The notes below the pieces were generated by a model, which did not search any database, had not been told where the DNA came from, and saw only the letters and a program-made list of their open reading frames with translations. Source: an uncultured delta proteobacterium (GTDB lineage Bacteria > Myxococcota > Myxococcia > Myxococcales > Anaeromyxobacteraceae). Taken from it: a stretch of 64,000 bases of DNA. The position numbers and the translations under genes were made by a program. The stretch spans positions 1 to 64,000 of the forward strand of contig CAVYBH010000015.1 of assembly GCA_963766715.1 (NCBI GenBank), in the 5' to 3' direction. Of the stretch, positions 10,017-20,839 are shown piece by piece (the first letter of the stretch is position 1; the number at the start of each line of letters is the position of its first letter).

Positions 10017-10794
10017 ATGAAACGACGCTCGCATCCGCCGTACCGTCTCTCCTACTGGCCCGGGATCCAGGGCCGCGGCGAGTTCGTCCGGCTCGCCTTC
10101 GAGGCCACCGGAACGCCCTACGTCGACGTGGGGCGCCTGCCGGCCTCCCGGGGAGGCGGCGCCGCCGCCGTGGCCCGGCTCCTGGAGGAACCCGGGCCCT
10201 GGCTCACTCCGTTCGGTCCGCCGGTGCTGATTCACGGAAAGACGCTGGTCGCGCAGACCGCCGCGATCCTCCAGTATCTCGGCCCGCGCCTCGGCCTCGT
10301 GCCGCGGGACGAGGGGAGCCGGCTGAGAGCCCACCAGCTCCAGCTCACCATCGCCGACCTGGTCGCGGAGACCCACGACACCCACCACCCGATCGCGAGC
10401 TCGCTCTACTACGAGGATCAGGAAGGCCGAGGCAGCGAGGCGCGCCGCCGCCTTCGTGCGCGAGCGCATCCCCATGTTCCTTCGCTACCTCGACCGCGCC
10501 CTCGACTCGAACCCTGCCGGCAAGGGGCGCTGGCTCGTGGGGCGGAGGCTCTGCTACGTCGACCTGTCCACCTTCCAGGTGATGGCCGGCCTCCGCTACG
10601 CGTTCCCGCGCGCCATGGCGCGCCACGAGCGGCGCGTACCGCGGCTGGGTGCGCTGCACGACCGGGTGGCCGCCATTCCGGACGTTGCCGCCTACCTGGC
10701 CTCGGAACGCCGGCTTCCGTTCAACGAGGCGGGCATCTTCCGGCACTACCCGGAGCTCGATCCCGCGCCCCGCGTGGTGCCGCGAAAGCCGTAA
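10017..10794 (+). CDS. Glutathione S-transferase (frameshift near 10425)
   Basis: YWPGIQGRGEFVRL, PFGPPVL, AQTAAIL, HDTHHP; then YVDLSTFQVMAGLRYAFP...RRLPFNEAGIFRHYPELD in the next frame. Confidence 0.85.
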
Positions 10795-10823
10795 CCCGGC
10801 CGTGACCTGACCTCCCGCGCTCG

Positions 10824-12736
10824 ATGGTGCAGGCTGTCAGGGTGCGTGTTCTCCTGACCCTCGTCGCGCTCGCCGTGCTCGGCGCTCCCGCGTCCCCCGC
10901 CGCGAGCCCGAAGACCCTGCGGTGGCGTTCGCTCGACGTCGAGGCGCGGCTCGACGCCCAGGGAGACCTTCACGTCTCCGAGCGTCACGCGATGGTCTTC
11001 TCCGGCGCGTGGAACGGCGGGGAACGCATCTTCCACCTCCGCCGGGGCCAGCGACTCACCTTCGAGCGGCTCCTTCGCGAGGATCCGGGTGACGCGTCGG
11101 CCCGCGAGGTTCGACGCGGCAGCCTCGACGAGGTGGACCGCTGGTCGTTCGCGGACGCACGGACACTCCGGTGGCGGAGCCGCGCGCCGGGCGACCCGGA
11201 GTTCGACGGGACGGAGATCGTCTACGTCCTCGAGTACGTGCTCTCGGGAGTTCTCGTTCCGGAGGGAGACCGGCGTTACCGGCTCAGCCACGACTTCGCG
11301 TTCCCCGATCGCGAGTGGCCCATCGAGCGATTCACGGCGCGCCTGACCCTGGACCCGGCCTGGCAGGTCGAGTCGGGAGCGCCGCTCACGATGGAGGCTC
11401 GGGATCTCGCGCCTGGTGTCGGGTTCGTCGCGACGCTCGATCTGGTCCGGGACGCCGCGAGCCCTCCGCTGCAAGTCCGGGCGCGAGGAGCTCCCGTCGC
11501 GGTCCGGATCGCCCTCGCCGTCTTCTTCGCCCTGGTGCTGTCCTCGACCGCGTTCGTGATCATCCGCCACGCGCGTGCCCGGGGGCAGTGCGAGCCACTC
11601 CCCGGCGGCATCGACGAGGCGTGGCTCCGCGAGCACGTCTTCGCGTTCCCGCCGGAGGTGATCGGGGCCGCCTGGGATCGGACCGTCTCGGCGCCCGAGG
11701 TCTCCGCGGTGCTCGCGCGGATGGCGATGGAGGGCAAGATCCAGGGGCGTGTCACCTCGGTGAGGTCGTGGTTCGGACGCACGCCGCGAGCTGAACGAGC
11801 TTCGCCTGTGCGTGAGCCGGGAGCAGCTCACCGGGCGCGAGCGGGCGCTCGTGGACGGGATCTTCGTGGACGGAGATTCGATCGATCCGGATCGCCTGCG
11901 GGCGCACTACAAGGGCCGCGGGTTCGACCCGGCCGACTTGCTGCGCGCCGACCTCGAGAAGGAGGTCGCGCGACTCATCCCCGAGGGCGCGCCCGGGCGG
12001 AAGTGGCCGCTGCTCGTCTCCGTGGTGTTGCTGTTCGGGCTCGGCCAGGCGGTGATCTTCACGGTCGCGTTGCTCGACCAGGACACGGCGATGGCCATGG
12101 GGCTCGCGATCCTGAGCCAGCTGCCCATGCTCCTGGTGCTCGCGGCGTCGCTCCGCCTGCAGCGCACCGTCCTGCGAGCTCGAGCGTCCATCGTCGCGGT
12201 GCTCCTGCTGCTCGCGGCCTGGGCGGGCGTCATCTCGTGGGCTGCCATGGCGAACCGTGGAAGTCCACCCGTTCGTGCTCCTGGCGTGCGCGGCGCTCTG
12301 GGGTTGCGGTGCGGCCGTCGCCGCCTGGGTGGGCCGGACGAGGACGAGCGCGCAGGGAATCGCCGTGCGCAAGCGCCTCACGGCCGCGCGCGCCTACTTC
12401 TCCCGGGAGCTGAAGGCTCCGCACCCTCGCCTCGACGATGGCTGGGCGCCCTACCTGGCCGCGCTCGGCCTCGGCTCCCAGCTGGACCGGTGGGTCCGCG
12501 TACACGGTGGACCCGGCGCCGCCGGCGTCTCCGGGTCAGGTGGCGGATCTTCCGGTTTCGGCCCTGGCAGCTGGACGGGCGGCGGGGGCAGCTTCGGCGG
12601 AGGAGGCGCCACCGGGACGTGGACCGCCCTCGCCGGAATCTCCACCGCGATTCCATCGCCGTCCTCCTCGAGCAGCGGGGGCGGCGGAGGGGGTGGAGGC
12701 GGCAGTTCCGGAGGCGGTGGCGGGGGGGGATGGTGA
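10824..12736 (+). CDS. DUF2207 family membrane protein (frameshifts near 11790 and 12260)
   Basis: Signal peptide, LDVEARLDAQGDLHVSE...FSGAWNGGER, TM helices, and the typical Gly/Ser tail GGGSSGGGGGGGW, spread over three frames. Confidence 0.78.
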
Positions 12737-12750
12737 CGGGGAAGCGGCGC

Positions 12751-13266
12751 TCAGTCGTTCGTTCCACATTCAGAAGCGACCCACTTCGCGGTGAAGCTCA
12801 TCGTCATCGAGCCGCTCCCGGATGCCACCTTCATGCTGCCCTTCGCGCTTTCGCGAGACGCCGCCTCCACCCGCCATTCCTTCCTCTGGGGGTGCGCACC
12901 GGTGCATTCGATCGTGATTTCCTGCTTCGATGACGTTGCAACGTGGACCGTGCGCGAGCAGTTCTTCTCCTCGTCCGCTTCCGCCTTCTCGAAGGCTCGG
13001 TCCAGCTTCTCCCGGGTGAGGCACGTCCGGGTGGTGCGCAGCTTCGGTCCGTCCGCCTCCTTCTTCTTCATCATGGTCTCCATGCGCTCCCGCTGAGCCG
13101 GCGGCATCTGCTGCAACTGGGCCTCCGACACGAGCATCCCGCTCATGGTCGTCGTCGTCGATGCCTCCCAGAGCCCGGGCTTCAGGTCGAGCGGGGCGGC
13201 GCGAGCGGACACCGGCGTGAACATAGAGAGGGCTCCGAGAATCGCCATCCATTCGCGTGTCGACAT
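12751..13266 (-). CDS. DUF3617 family exported protein
   Basis: Signal peptide; LKPGLWE, TCLT, terminal AKWVASEC. Confidence 0.8.
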   Translation of the reverse strand: MSTREWMAILGALSMFTPVSARAAPLDLKPGLWEASTTTTMSGMLVSEAQLQQMPPAQRERMETMMKKKEADGPKLRTTRTCLTREKLDRAFEKAEADEEKNCSRTVHVATSSKQEITIECTGAHPQRKEWRVEAASRESAKGSMKVASGSGSMTMSFTAKWVASECGTND

Positions 13267-13423
13267 GCGGTCCCCTCGGCGTCAGCCGTGAGTTGCTCGG
13301 GGGACTGCATGTTCGGACGCCTGAGCGGAATCAACCCGCGGAAACGGGTGGCTTGGGTTGGCCCCTACGGATTCTTGCCCCCCCGATTGTCCCGACCTCT
13401 CGGGCTCACCTCGCGTCCGTGCG

Positions 13424-14182
13424 TCACGCGAGCAGGGGGTCGTCCTTCGCCACGTAGACGACGCCCTCCTCGTTCGACTCCCCGTCGAGCCCGGCGAGCG
13501 CGGCAAACTCCTCACGCCGCTTCTCGTCGAGGCCGAAGAGCTCGACCCCGAGGCCGGCCCGCTCTGGAGGACACTCCACGCGGCGCCTCACGACCGTGTC
13601 CACCGCGATCGTCTGGCCGGTCAGGGAGTGCGTGACGAGCAGGCGGAGCTCCGAGCCGATCGCGACGTCGAGTCCGGTGAGCAGGAACATGCCTCCACGC
13701 GACACGTCCTCGGTCACCAGCGGCTGGAGCTCCCGGACGGATTGCGCGCTCACCGAGAGCGCCCGGCTGACGCGCGGGAACTGCCGGTTCACGGCGTCGG
13801 GGACCGCTGCGACGGGCTTCACGGAAGCTTCGAGGCTCTCGGGGAACGTTTTCGCCACCCATTGGACGAACCGCTCCCATTGCTGTCGGGCCTCGCCGCT
13901 GACGGCATAGAGCTGGAGCCCGACGCCCGGAGCGCGCCCGGCGGTCCCCGCCGGCACCACGAAGACGGCCATCGCGTGCACCGTGAACTCCTCGTTCCCG
14001 GGCGGCAGCGAGAGCTTCACCTGGAGCAACTGCCGGAGAGTGGGCGGATCGTCCGTGCGAAGGAAGAGGCCCCGGTAGCCGACGTCGCCGGTCAGCAGCC
14101 GTACTTCCTTCGAGCCGCGCACGAGGATCGCGGGCATCTGGTACCGGTAGCGCCTGTCCCGACGCTTGTCCGAGCCTCCCAC
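13424..14182 (-). CDS. Tandem PilZ-domain protein
   Basis: Two RxxxR / DxSxxG-like pairs: RRDRR...DVGYRGLFL and RQFPR...DVSRGGMFL; GVGLQL and GLGVEL. Confidence 0.85.
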   Translation of the reverse strand: MGGSDKRRDRRYRYQMPAILVRGSKEVRLLTGDVGYRGLFLRTDDPPTLRQLLQVKLSLPPGNEEFTVHAMAVFVVPAGTAGRAPGVGLQLYAVSGEARQQWERFVQWVAKTFPESLEASVKPVAAVPDAVNRQFPRVSRALSVSAQSVRELQPLVTEDVSRGGMFLLTGLDVAIGSELRLLVTHSLTGQTIAVDTVVRRRVECPPERAGLGVELFGLDEKRREEFAALAGLDGESNEEGVVYVAKDDPLLA

Positions 14183-14194
14183 GGTGCGCCTCCT

Positions 14195-14836
14195 TCAGCC
14201 GCCAAAGAGGGGGTGCGGCCCGACTCCGAAGCGCCCCTGGAAGAGCACCGCCACCAGGACCACGTACGGCACCAGCCCGAGCAGGATGAGGAACTGCGCC
14301 GGCGAGGTCTGCTGGATCGCCTGCCGATCCTCCACCTCGCACACCTCTCCGGGGCAATACTCGGGCTTCTCCCGGGCGACGAGCGCGTAGAGCTTGCAGC
14401 CGATGCAGATGCCGAAGGCCGTCTCGCAGAAGAGGAACACCAGGCAGACGAGGCAGATGAACCCGGAGATCGGGCTGACGGTGTTGAGCACGTTCACCAG
14501 GACGAACATCACCGAGGCCAGCGCCACGCCGATCACCCAGGCGAACTTCTTCTGGCGGGCTCCGACGTACTCGGGCACCTGGTTGCGAACGATGAGCCGC
14601 CCCAGGATCAGCGTGGGGGCGTACCGCGGGCTCACGAGGACCCGGATGAGCATGTCGGGCAGGAAGATGGCGATGGCGTACTTCAGGAGGACGAAGTTTC
14701 CCTTGAGGGCGGCCGCCGCGATGGCCGCGAACATGAGGGCGAAGAGGATTCCGGCAGCCGCCCGGATCTCCCGCTCGTTCAGCACGGGGATGCGGTAGCC
14801 CTCGACGTCCTCACCGAACTTCACGATGCCGCCCAT
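14195..14836 (-). CDS. DUF4395 family membrane protein
   Basis: LNEREIRAAAG, QKKFAWVIG, ETAFGICIGCKLY, CPGEVC. Confidence 0.85.
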   Translation of the reverse strand: MGGIVKFGEDVEGYRIPVLNEREIRAAAGILFALMFAAIAAAALKGNFVLLKYAIAIFLPDMLIRVLVSPRYAPTLILGRLIVRNQVPEYVGARQKKFAWVIGVALASVMFVLVNVLNTVSPISGFICLVCLVFLFCETAFGICIGCKLYALVAREKPEYCPGEVCEVEDRQAIQQTSPAQFLILLGLVPYVVLVAVLFQGRFGVGPHPLFGG

Positions 14837-15065
14837 GGTTCGCCCCCTGACCGTGCCGCGCCTGGTGGCGCAGGGTACCTCGCCCCGGCCCGTGGCTCCA
14901 CTGTCCGGAGTGGTCGACTGGATAAGGTGGGTCGCGCTGCCTCGCGCCGCAACTACCCGGCCGAGCCAGAGGGCTGTCCCGGCGGGGGATACCCCGGAAG
15001 CCGCCCTTTTCCTGTCCACCGGCGACCCATGATGAAGCCTCACCGGCATGGCAGAGGCCCCCGTC

Positions 15066-18000
15066 ATGAAACGATCCGTGAACACCGTCATCGCCCTCGT
15101 CGTCGCGTTCGTCCTGGCGAGCTGCTCCAGCTCGAGCACCAGCACCAACGGCGCCCTGGCCTTCGGCCAGGCCAGCTACAGCGTGACGAGCGGGAGCACG
15201 GGCGACGTCGTCGTCCGCCTGAGCGGCAACACGAGCACCTCGGGTGTGACGGTGACCCTCGCCTCCTCCAGCTCCGCCGTGGCGGTACCGGTCTACACGC
15301 CCTGCGTCCTGTCGGACGAGCCCGGCTCGACGAGCTCCTGCGAGATCCAGGTGAAGGGCCTCGCGAGCGGCTCGGCGACCCTCACCGCCACCGCCCCGGG
15401 CGTCAAGAGCGCGTCCGCGACCGTGTCGGTCTCCACGAGCCCGGTCGCCGGAACGCTTGCCTTCCTTCCCACCCTGGAACAGGTGTCGGTCGGGAGCGTC
15501 CAGCACGTCACCGTGAAGCTGAGCGGCAGCTCCGGGGTCGCCGGTCAGTCGGTCACGATCGCGAGCTCGGACACGACCATCGCGAAGGTGACCCCCTCCG
15601 TGGTCGTCCTCTCCACCGGCGCACCGACCCAGACCATCACCGTCTCCGGCGTGCTGGTGGGGACCGCCTCACGGTCACGGCGAGCGCCACCGGGTACGCG
15701 AGCGCGACGAACGCGGTGACCGTCGCGGCCGCTCCGGTCCCCGGCACGCTCGCCTTCGCCGGCAACGTGAACCTCGCCGTGGGCGAGTCCATGGGTGGGA
15801 CGCTCTCACTCGCGGGCAGCTCGAACGTGAGCCCGTTCACCGCGACCCTGACCCCGGACAACGCCGACGTGACGGTGGTGCCCGCCACCTGCCCGCTCTC
15901 CACGGCGAGCCGCACGTGCCCGTTCACCATCAAGGGGAGCCTGGCGGGCAGCGACAAGATCACCGCGACGGCGACCGGCTACACCCCGGCCACCATGATC
16001 GCCAGCGTCTCCCAGGATCCCGTGCCCGGCAATTTCTACTTCTCCAAGGCGGCGGAGACGGTGGTCATCGGAACGCCCGGGTCGGTCACCCTCACCTACT
16101 CGGGCGGGTCCGGCGTCACGAACCTGCCGGTGGCGCTCAGCACGAACAACGGAAACGCCGCGATCTCACCGACCTCCTGCCCCATGAGCAACACGAGCGG
16201 CAGCTCGACCTGCACATCACGATCACCGGGGTTTCGGCCGGGCCCACCCCCACCCTCATCACCGCCGCGGCGACCGGGTACACGAGCGCCCAGAACACCG
16301 TGACCGTCCAGGCGGCCGGTCCGGTCTACGGCACCCTGTCCTTCTCCTCCGCGAACGTGCCGGTGCCGCTCGGAGGGAACGTCCAGCTGACGCTGACGCT
16401 GAACGAGAGCTCGGACGTGGCGAGTCTCCCGGTCACGCTCGCCCCGTCGCCCACCGGCATCGCGAACGTCTCCACGACCCCGAGCCCCTGCGTCCTCTCG
16501 ACCGCCAGCAACACCTGCACCGTGAACGTCAGCGGCGCCGCCACCGGCTCGACCACCCTCACGGCCACCTCGACCGCGGGCCCCCCCACGCCCATCTCGG
16601 CCGTCGGCCGCGGTGACGGTGGGCGCCGCTCTGACGCCCTCGCTGGTCTTCACCCCGGATCCGCTGGTCCTGATGAGGCAATCGTCGGTGGAATCGCGGT
16701 CACCCTGTCGATGGCGAACCCACCGGTGAACCCCGTGCAGGTCGCGTTCACCTACTCGCCGACCCTGGCGCAGAGCGTGACTCCCGACCCGTGCGTGCTG
16801 TCGGCCGCCACGCCGACCTGCGCCCTCGCCATCAACAACACCTCCGTGAGCAACCCCACCGGGCAGTACTTCTTCACGGCCACGCCCCTGAATTCCTCCA
16901 TCCCGGCCGTGACGCTGCCGGTGTACATCTCCACGCTCCAGCCGGTCGCCCGGACGCTGACGGTGACGAACAACTGCCCGTACACCGTTTGGGCGGGGAT
17001 GAGCGGCGGGGCGGTCGCCAGCGTGACCCCGATCGCGGCCGCGAGCCAGCAGGCCTGCCCGGCGGGAGCCACCTACGCGAACGGCTACTGCTGCCCCACG
17101 GGGTCCTCCACCGTCGCCGGTGACTACTGCTTCTGGAGCAACCCGACACCGACGAACGGCTACGTGCTCCCCACCCCCACCGGCCTCAGGAGCACCCATT
17201 TCGTGATCCCGTCCAACTCCCTGACCACCGCCACCGGCCTCACCCACATCTGGAGCGGCGGAATCATGGCGCGCCTCAAGTGCGACGGCTCTGGCGACTG
17301 CGCCGTCGGAGGCTGCAACGGCGGGGCAAGGGCGGGGCCTCGCCTGCGCCACCGGCGTGGGCTTCAATACTCCGGCAGACGGTGGCGGAGTTCACGCTCC
17401 TCCAGGGTGGGCCCGACGCCTACGACGTCCAGCATCATCACCGGCGTGACGGCCCGATCTCGATGGGGCCGACCAGTCCCGATGGCGGACTCCGGGCAAT
17501 CCCTTCATCGGTGGCGTGGCCGGATCGACCCAGAGCCAGGTGGGCTCCCAGTACACGCTCAACCCGGCGACCTGGACCTTCACGCCCCCTGCGATCGGCA
17601 CTCCTGCCTCGAGTACCTATCTCACCCTGGTGAGCGGCGCCTCGGGCGCCACGGAGACGTGCGCCGGCGACGCAGATCTGTGGCAGCACTGGCGTCTGCG
17701 GATACGCCCTGAACTCGATGTAGACCGTGCCGACGGCCACGCCGCCCGGGCCGACCTACAACCGGACCTGCGGGAACGTTCCTCGGCTATCTGACGGCGG
17801 ACGCGCTCTGGAAGGGCAACCCCACCGGATCGAACGCGGCACCGATCGCGTTCGCCTCGCAACCCGCCATGGGGACGCAGTCCGCGACCCTCCCGTATCC
17901 CGAACCTGAACGGATACCCGCTGTGCCTGTTCGTCGACTGCCCGAATCCCCCCCTCAACAGCGGTTACCAGCCGGCGACCACGTTCCCCACCGCCTGTGG

Positions 18001-18268
18001 CTGCACCAACTGGACCGGCATCGCGACCCCCACCTCGACCTGCCAGGGCACCGGCGCCACGGGCTACACCGGCACCACCCCGGGGATCGGCTTCAACTCG
18101 GCGTGGACCCAGGAGGTGCTTCCGCTCCTCACCTGGCTGAAGCAGGGATGTCCCACCTGCTACACGTACCAGTTCGACGATGCTTCCGCGTCGTTCCAGG
18201 CCTACGTCGCAGCGACGACCACCAACGGCTCCAACGCGACGAACTACACGATCACGTTCTGTCCTTGA
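15066..18268 (+). CDS. Large lipoprotein: six Ig-like repeats plus C-terminal thaumatin (PR-5)-like domain (multiple frameshifts)
   Basis: Lipobox VLASC. Repeats start at G(A/T)L(A/S)F. Thaumatin motifs TLTVTNNCPYTVWAG (16951), TVAEFTL, YDV.SIITG, LKQGCPTCYTYQFDD and terminal YTITFCP-stop (18268). Confidence 0.8.
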
Positions 18269-18735
18269 GGGATCACGCGCCGGTACGAACCCTTCATCAT
18301 CGTCTCCCAGGTCTTCCCGTCCCGCATCCCCTCGATGGAGAAGTGGTAGAGGTCGTCGCCCTCGAACCTGTACGTGTACCGGGAGTGACCCTCCGGGAAG
18401 TCCTGGGTGAGCACCAGCGTGTCCCCGTCCCATTGCCCGGTCACTGCCTGCGCGGGCGGGGTTCCCATCGAGTCGACCCAGTACCAGGTGACGACCTGCC
18501 GCCTGGGATCCCATCCGTAGACCGAATGGCCGCGGAAGGAGATCCGCCCGTCCTTCTCCTCCTCGTAGTCGGCGGCCACGAAGAACCCGTCGCAGATCGC
18601 GCGGCCGGTGACGCGGCCCATCGCGGGTCCGCCGGGGCCCCACGGCGACGGCGAAAGTGTCTCGTCCCCCACCCAGCTTCCGATGAACCGGTGCAGCTTC
18701 CGATGCTCTGCGGTCGTCTCGGGCATCCATGCCAT
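18244..18735 (-). CDS. DUF1579 family protein
   Basis: EHRKLHRFIGSWVG, FRGHSVYGWD, WVDSMG, MMKGSYRR. Overlaps the 3' end of the convergent gene by 25 nt. Confidence 0.8.
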   Translation of the reverse strand: MAWMPETTAEHRKLHRFIGSWVGDETLSPSPWGPGGPAMGRVTGRAICDGFFVAADYEEEKDGRISFRGHSVYGWDPRRQVVTWYWVDSMGTPPAQAVTGQWDGDTLVLTQDFPEGHSRYTYRFEGDDLYHFSIEGMRDGKTWETMMKGSYRRVIPQGQNVIV

Positions 18736-18940
18736 CGGGGTCTCCTCCTCCGGTCGGTCCGGCCACCGAACGTTCTAGGAGCGGCCGTCCTCCTTCGCCA
18801 GCCCCAGGATCCGTGCGCCGCCTCCCGGCCGCCCAGGATGTGCGACACGCACCCACGCCGCGCACGGCAGGGGCGCACCTCGCGTGACGGCGACCCGACG
18901 AGGTCCTGGCCCGGATCTCCGCGCGCCCCATACTGCGAGC

Positions 18941-20839
18941 ATGATCACGCGCTCGCGATCCCTCGCGAGGTTCCTTGCCCTCGCGGCAGGAGTCTCGCTT
19001 CTCTCCTCGTGCAACGGCTCCACGTCGACGCCGGATCCGCTCGCCCCGTTCCGTGACCAGACCCTCACCTGGACGCCCTGCGATCCCACGGTCGTGCCGG
19101 CGGGCTTCCGCGCGGATCTCGCCTCGGTCTCCACCCGCGCGACCTGCACGTTCATGCGCGTCCCGGTGGACTACGCGAGCCCGGGTTCGGGCGAGATCCT
19201 CGTGGCGCTCCTGCGCGTGGCCGCCGAGGACGCGTCGGCGCGGCGCGGGGCCATCCTGATGAACCCGGGTGGGCCTGGCGACGACGGCCTCTTCATGGCG
19301 CCCGCCTTCGGGGCGCTCTGGGCCGCCGCCAATCCCGCCGATCCGGTGGGCGCGATCTACAAGGAGATCTCCCGTCGCTACGACCTGATCGGATTTTCCC
19401 CGCGCGGCACGGGCGCGAGCACGCAGCTCGACTGCTCCTCCCCGGAGCAGCTCTCCTTCGTCGCGAACCCGGCCGCGGACCGCAGCCCCGAAAACATCGC
19501 CGCCATGCTCCGGAACGGGGGCATCCAGGCGGCCGGATGCCGGACGAGCCCGCTCACTCCCTTCGTGAACACCGACGCGACGGCGCGCGACATGGACCTC
19601 GTCCGCGCGGTGCTCCGGGATCCGAAAATCGGCTACATCGGCGCTTCGTACGGGACCTGGCTCGGCGCCTGGTGGGCGAGCCTCTTCCCCGACCGGGCGG
19701 ACCGCGTGCTCCTCTCGGGCGTCGTCGACCTCACGAAGGGCCTCTCCAACATCTTCCCCCTCCAGGCCATGGGACAGCAGCGGGTCTGGGACGAGGTGAT
19801 GGTGCCCTGGGCCGCCCTCCACCCGGACACCTACCTGCTCGGGAGCACGATCGCCGAGGTCGCCGGCGTCTACCCGGCGCTCCGCCAGGAGACGCAGCAG
19901 GCCGTGAGCGTGATCCTCACCGGGGGCATGGGAAACGAGCACTCGCGGGACCACCTGCTGCACGCACTGCTCGCGGCGAGAATCGTCGACGGGATCCTCG
20001 CCCAGTCGCCCCCGCCCCAGGACCAGTTCGACGCCTACGGGCGGGTGGAAGCGGCGATCGCCTTCGTCCCCGACGACGGGCGTCGCGCCGACGTTCGCTC
20101 CCTCGTGCAGCAGCTCCTCTCCTCCGACTTCGAGATCGTCGCCCAGGTCACCGGCACCTCCAGCTTCTCCGGCTCCGGGGCCACGCAGTGGGCCGTCATC
20201 TGCAACGACGTCCCGTTCGGCTACGACGTGGCCGCATGGGTGAGCCTGCAAGACCAGCTCGCGGCGCTCTACCCGCTCCAGGGCGGGCTCATCACCGGGA
20301 GTCCGTGCCTCTACTGGGGACCGCCCACCGTGACGCGACCTCCCCTCTCTGCGGCGAGCCTGGCGGGCCCGATCCTCTTCACCCAGACCGAGCTCGATCC
20401 CCAGACTCCCCTCGAGGGAGCGCAGGCGAGCCTCGCCGCGATGCCCACGGCGAGCATGGTCCAGGTGGACGGCGGGTGGAACCACGGCGTGATGGTCCCG
20501 TCGGGGAACCCCTGCGTGGACGTGCCGGTGGGACGCTACCTGCTCGACGGGACGCCACCCCCGCTGCGAGACACGCACTGCTCGCACGCGACGGCGGCCT
20601 CGTCGCGGGGGCTCTTCGTGGACGCCGCTCGTGCGGAGGCGATCCGGACGAGGCTGGAGGAGGCGATCGGGCCCACGCCGCCCGAGATGAGCCGCGGGCG
20701 GGCTACTCCTTCACGAGCTCGACCCGCCGGTTCCTCGCGCGCCCGCCCACCCAGGTTCGCGTGCCTCGAATGGGGACCGATCCCCAGGGTCACCTGGGCG
20801 CGGCTTGCCCGTCCCGGATGTTGCCGAATCCGGGGATGA
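18941..20839 (+). CDS. TAP-like alpha/beta-hydrolase (tripeptidyl-peptidase family) lipoprotein; true end probably near 20690
   Basis: Lipobox LLSSC, NPGGPG, GFSPRGTGAS, ARDMD, GASYG nucleophile, DPQTP and NHG. The last ~50 codons look non-coding. Confidence 0.85.
   Translation: MITRSRSLARFLALAAGVSLLSSCNGSTSTPDPLAPFRDQTLTWTPCDPTVVPAGFRADLASVSTRATCTFMRVPVDYASPGSGEILVALLRVAAEDASARRGAILMNPGGPGDDGLFMAPAFGALWAAANPADPVGAIYKEISRRYDLIGFSPRGTGASTQLDCSSPEQLSFVANPAADRSPENIAAMLRNGGIQAAGCRTSPLTPFVNTDATARDMDLVRAVLRDPKIGYIGASYGTWLGAWWASLFPDRADRVLLSGVVDLTKGLSNIFPLQAMGQQRVWDEVMVPWAALHPDTYLLGSTIAEVAGVYPALRQETQQAVSVILTGGMGNEHSRDHLLHALLAARIVDGILAQSPPPQDQFDAYGRVEAAIAFVPDDGRRADVRSLVQQLLSSDFEIVAQVTGTSSFSGSGATQWAVICNDVPFGYDVAAWVSLQDQLAALYPLQGGLITGSPCLYWGPPTVTRPPLSAASLAGPILFTQTELDPQTPLEGAQASLAAMPTASMVQVDGGWNHGVMVPSGNPCVDVPVGRYLLDGTPPPLRDTHCSHATAASSRGLFVDAARAEAIRTRLEEAIGPTPPEMSRGRATPSRARPAGSSRARPPRFACLEWGPIPRVTWARLARPGCCRIRG
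20703..20750 (-). pseudogene. 3' remnant of an OmpA/MotB-family gene
   Basis: Minus strand reads VGGRARNRRVELVKE-stop, the canonical OmpA-like C-terminal motif. No OmpA-like sequence upstream. Confidence 0.5.

Noticed and set aside
12510..12736. GGC/GGA-rich low-complexity tract as a DNA repeat element
   Set aside because: It encodes the normal Gly/Ser tail of DUF2207 proteins.
13358..16303. 981-aa ORF as a single giant protein
   Set aside because: Most of it is antisense to the PilZ and DUF4395 genes or off-frame. Only ~15670-16215 is real and belongs to the thaumatin lipoprotein.
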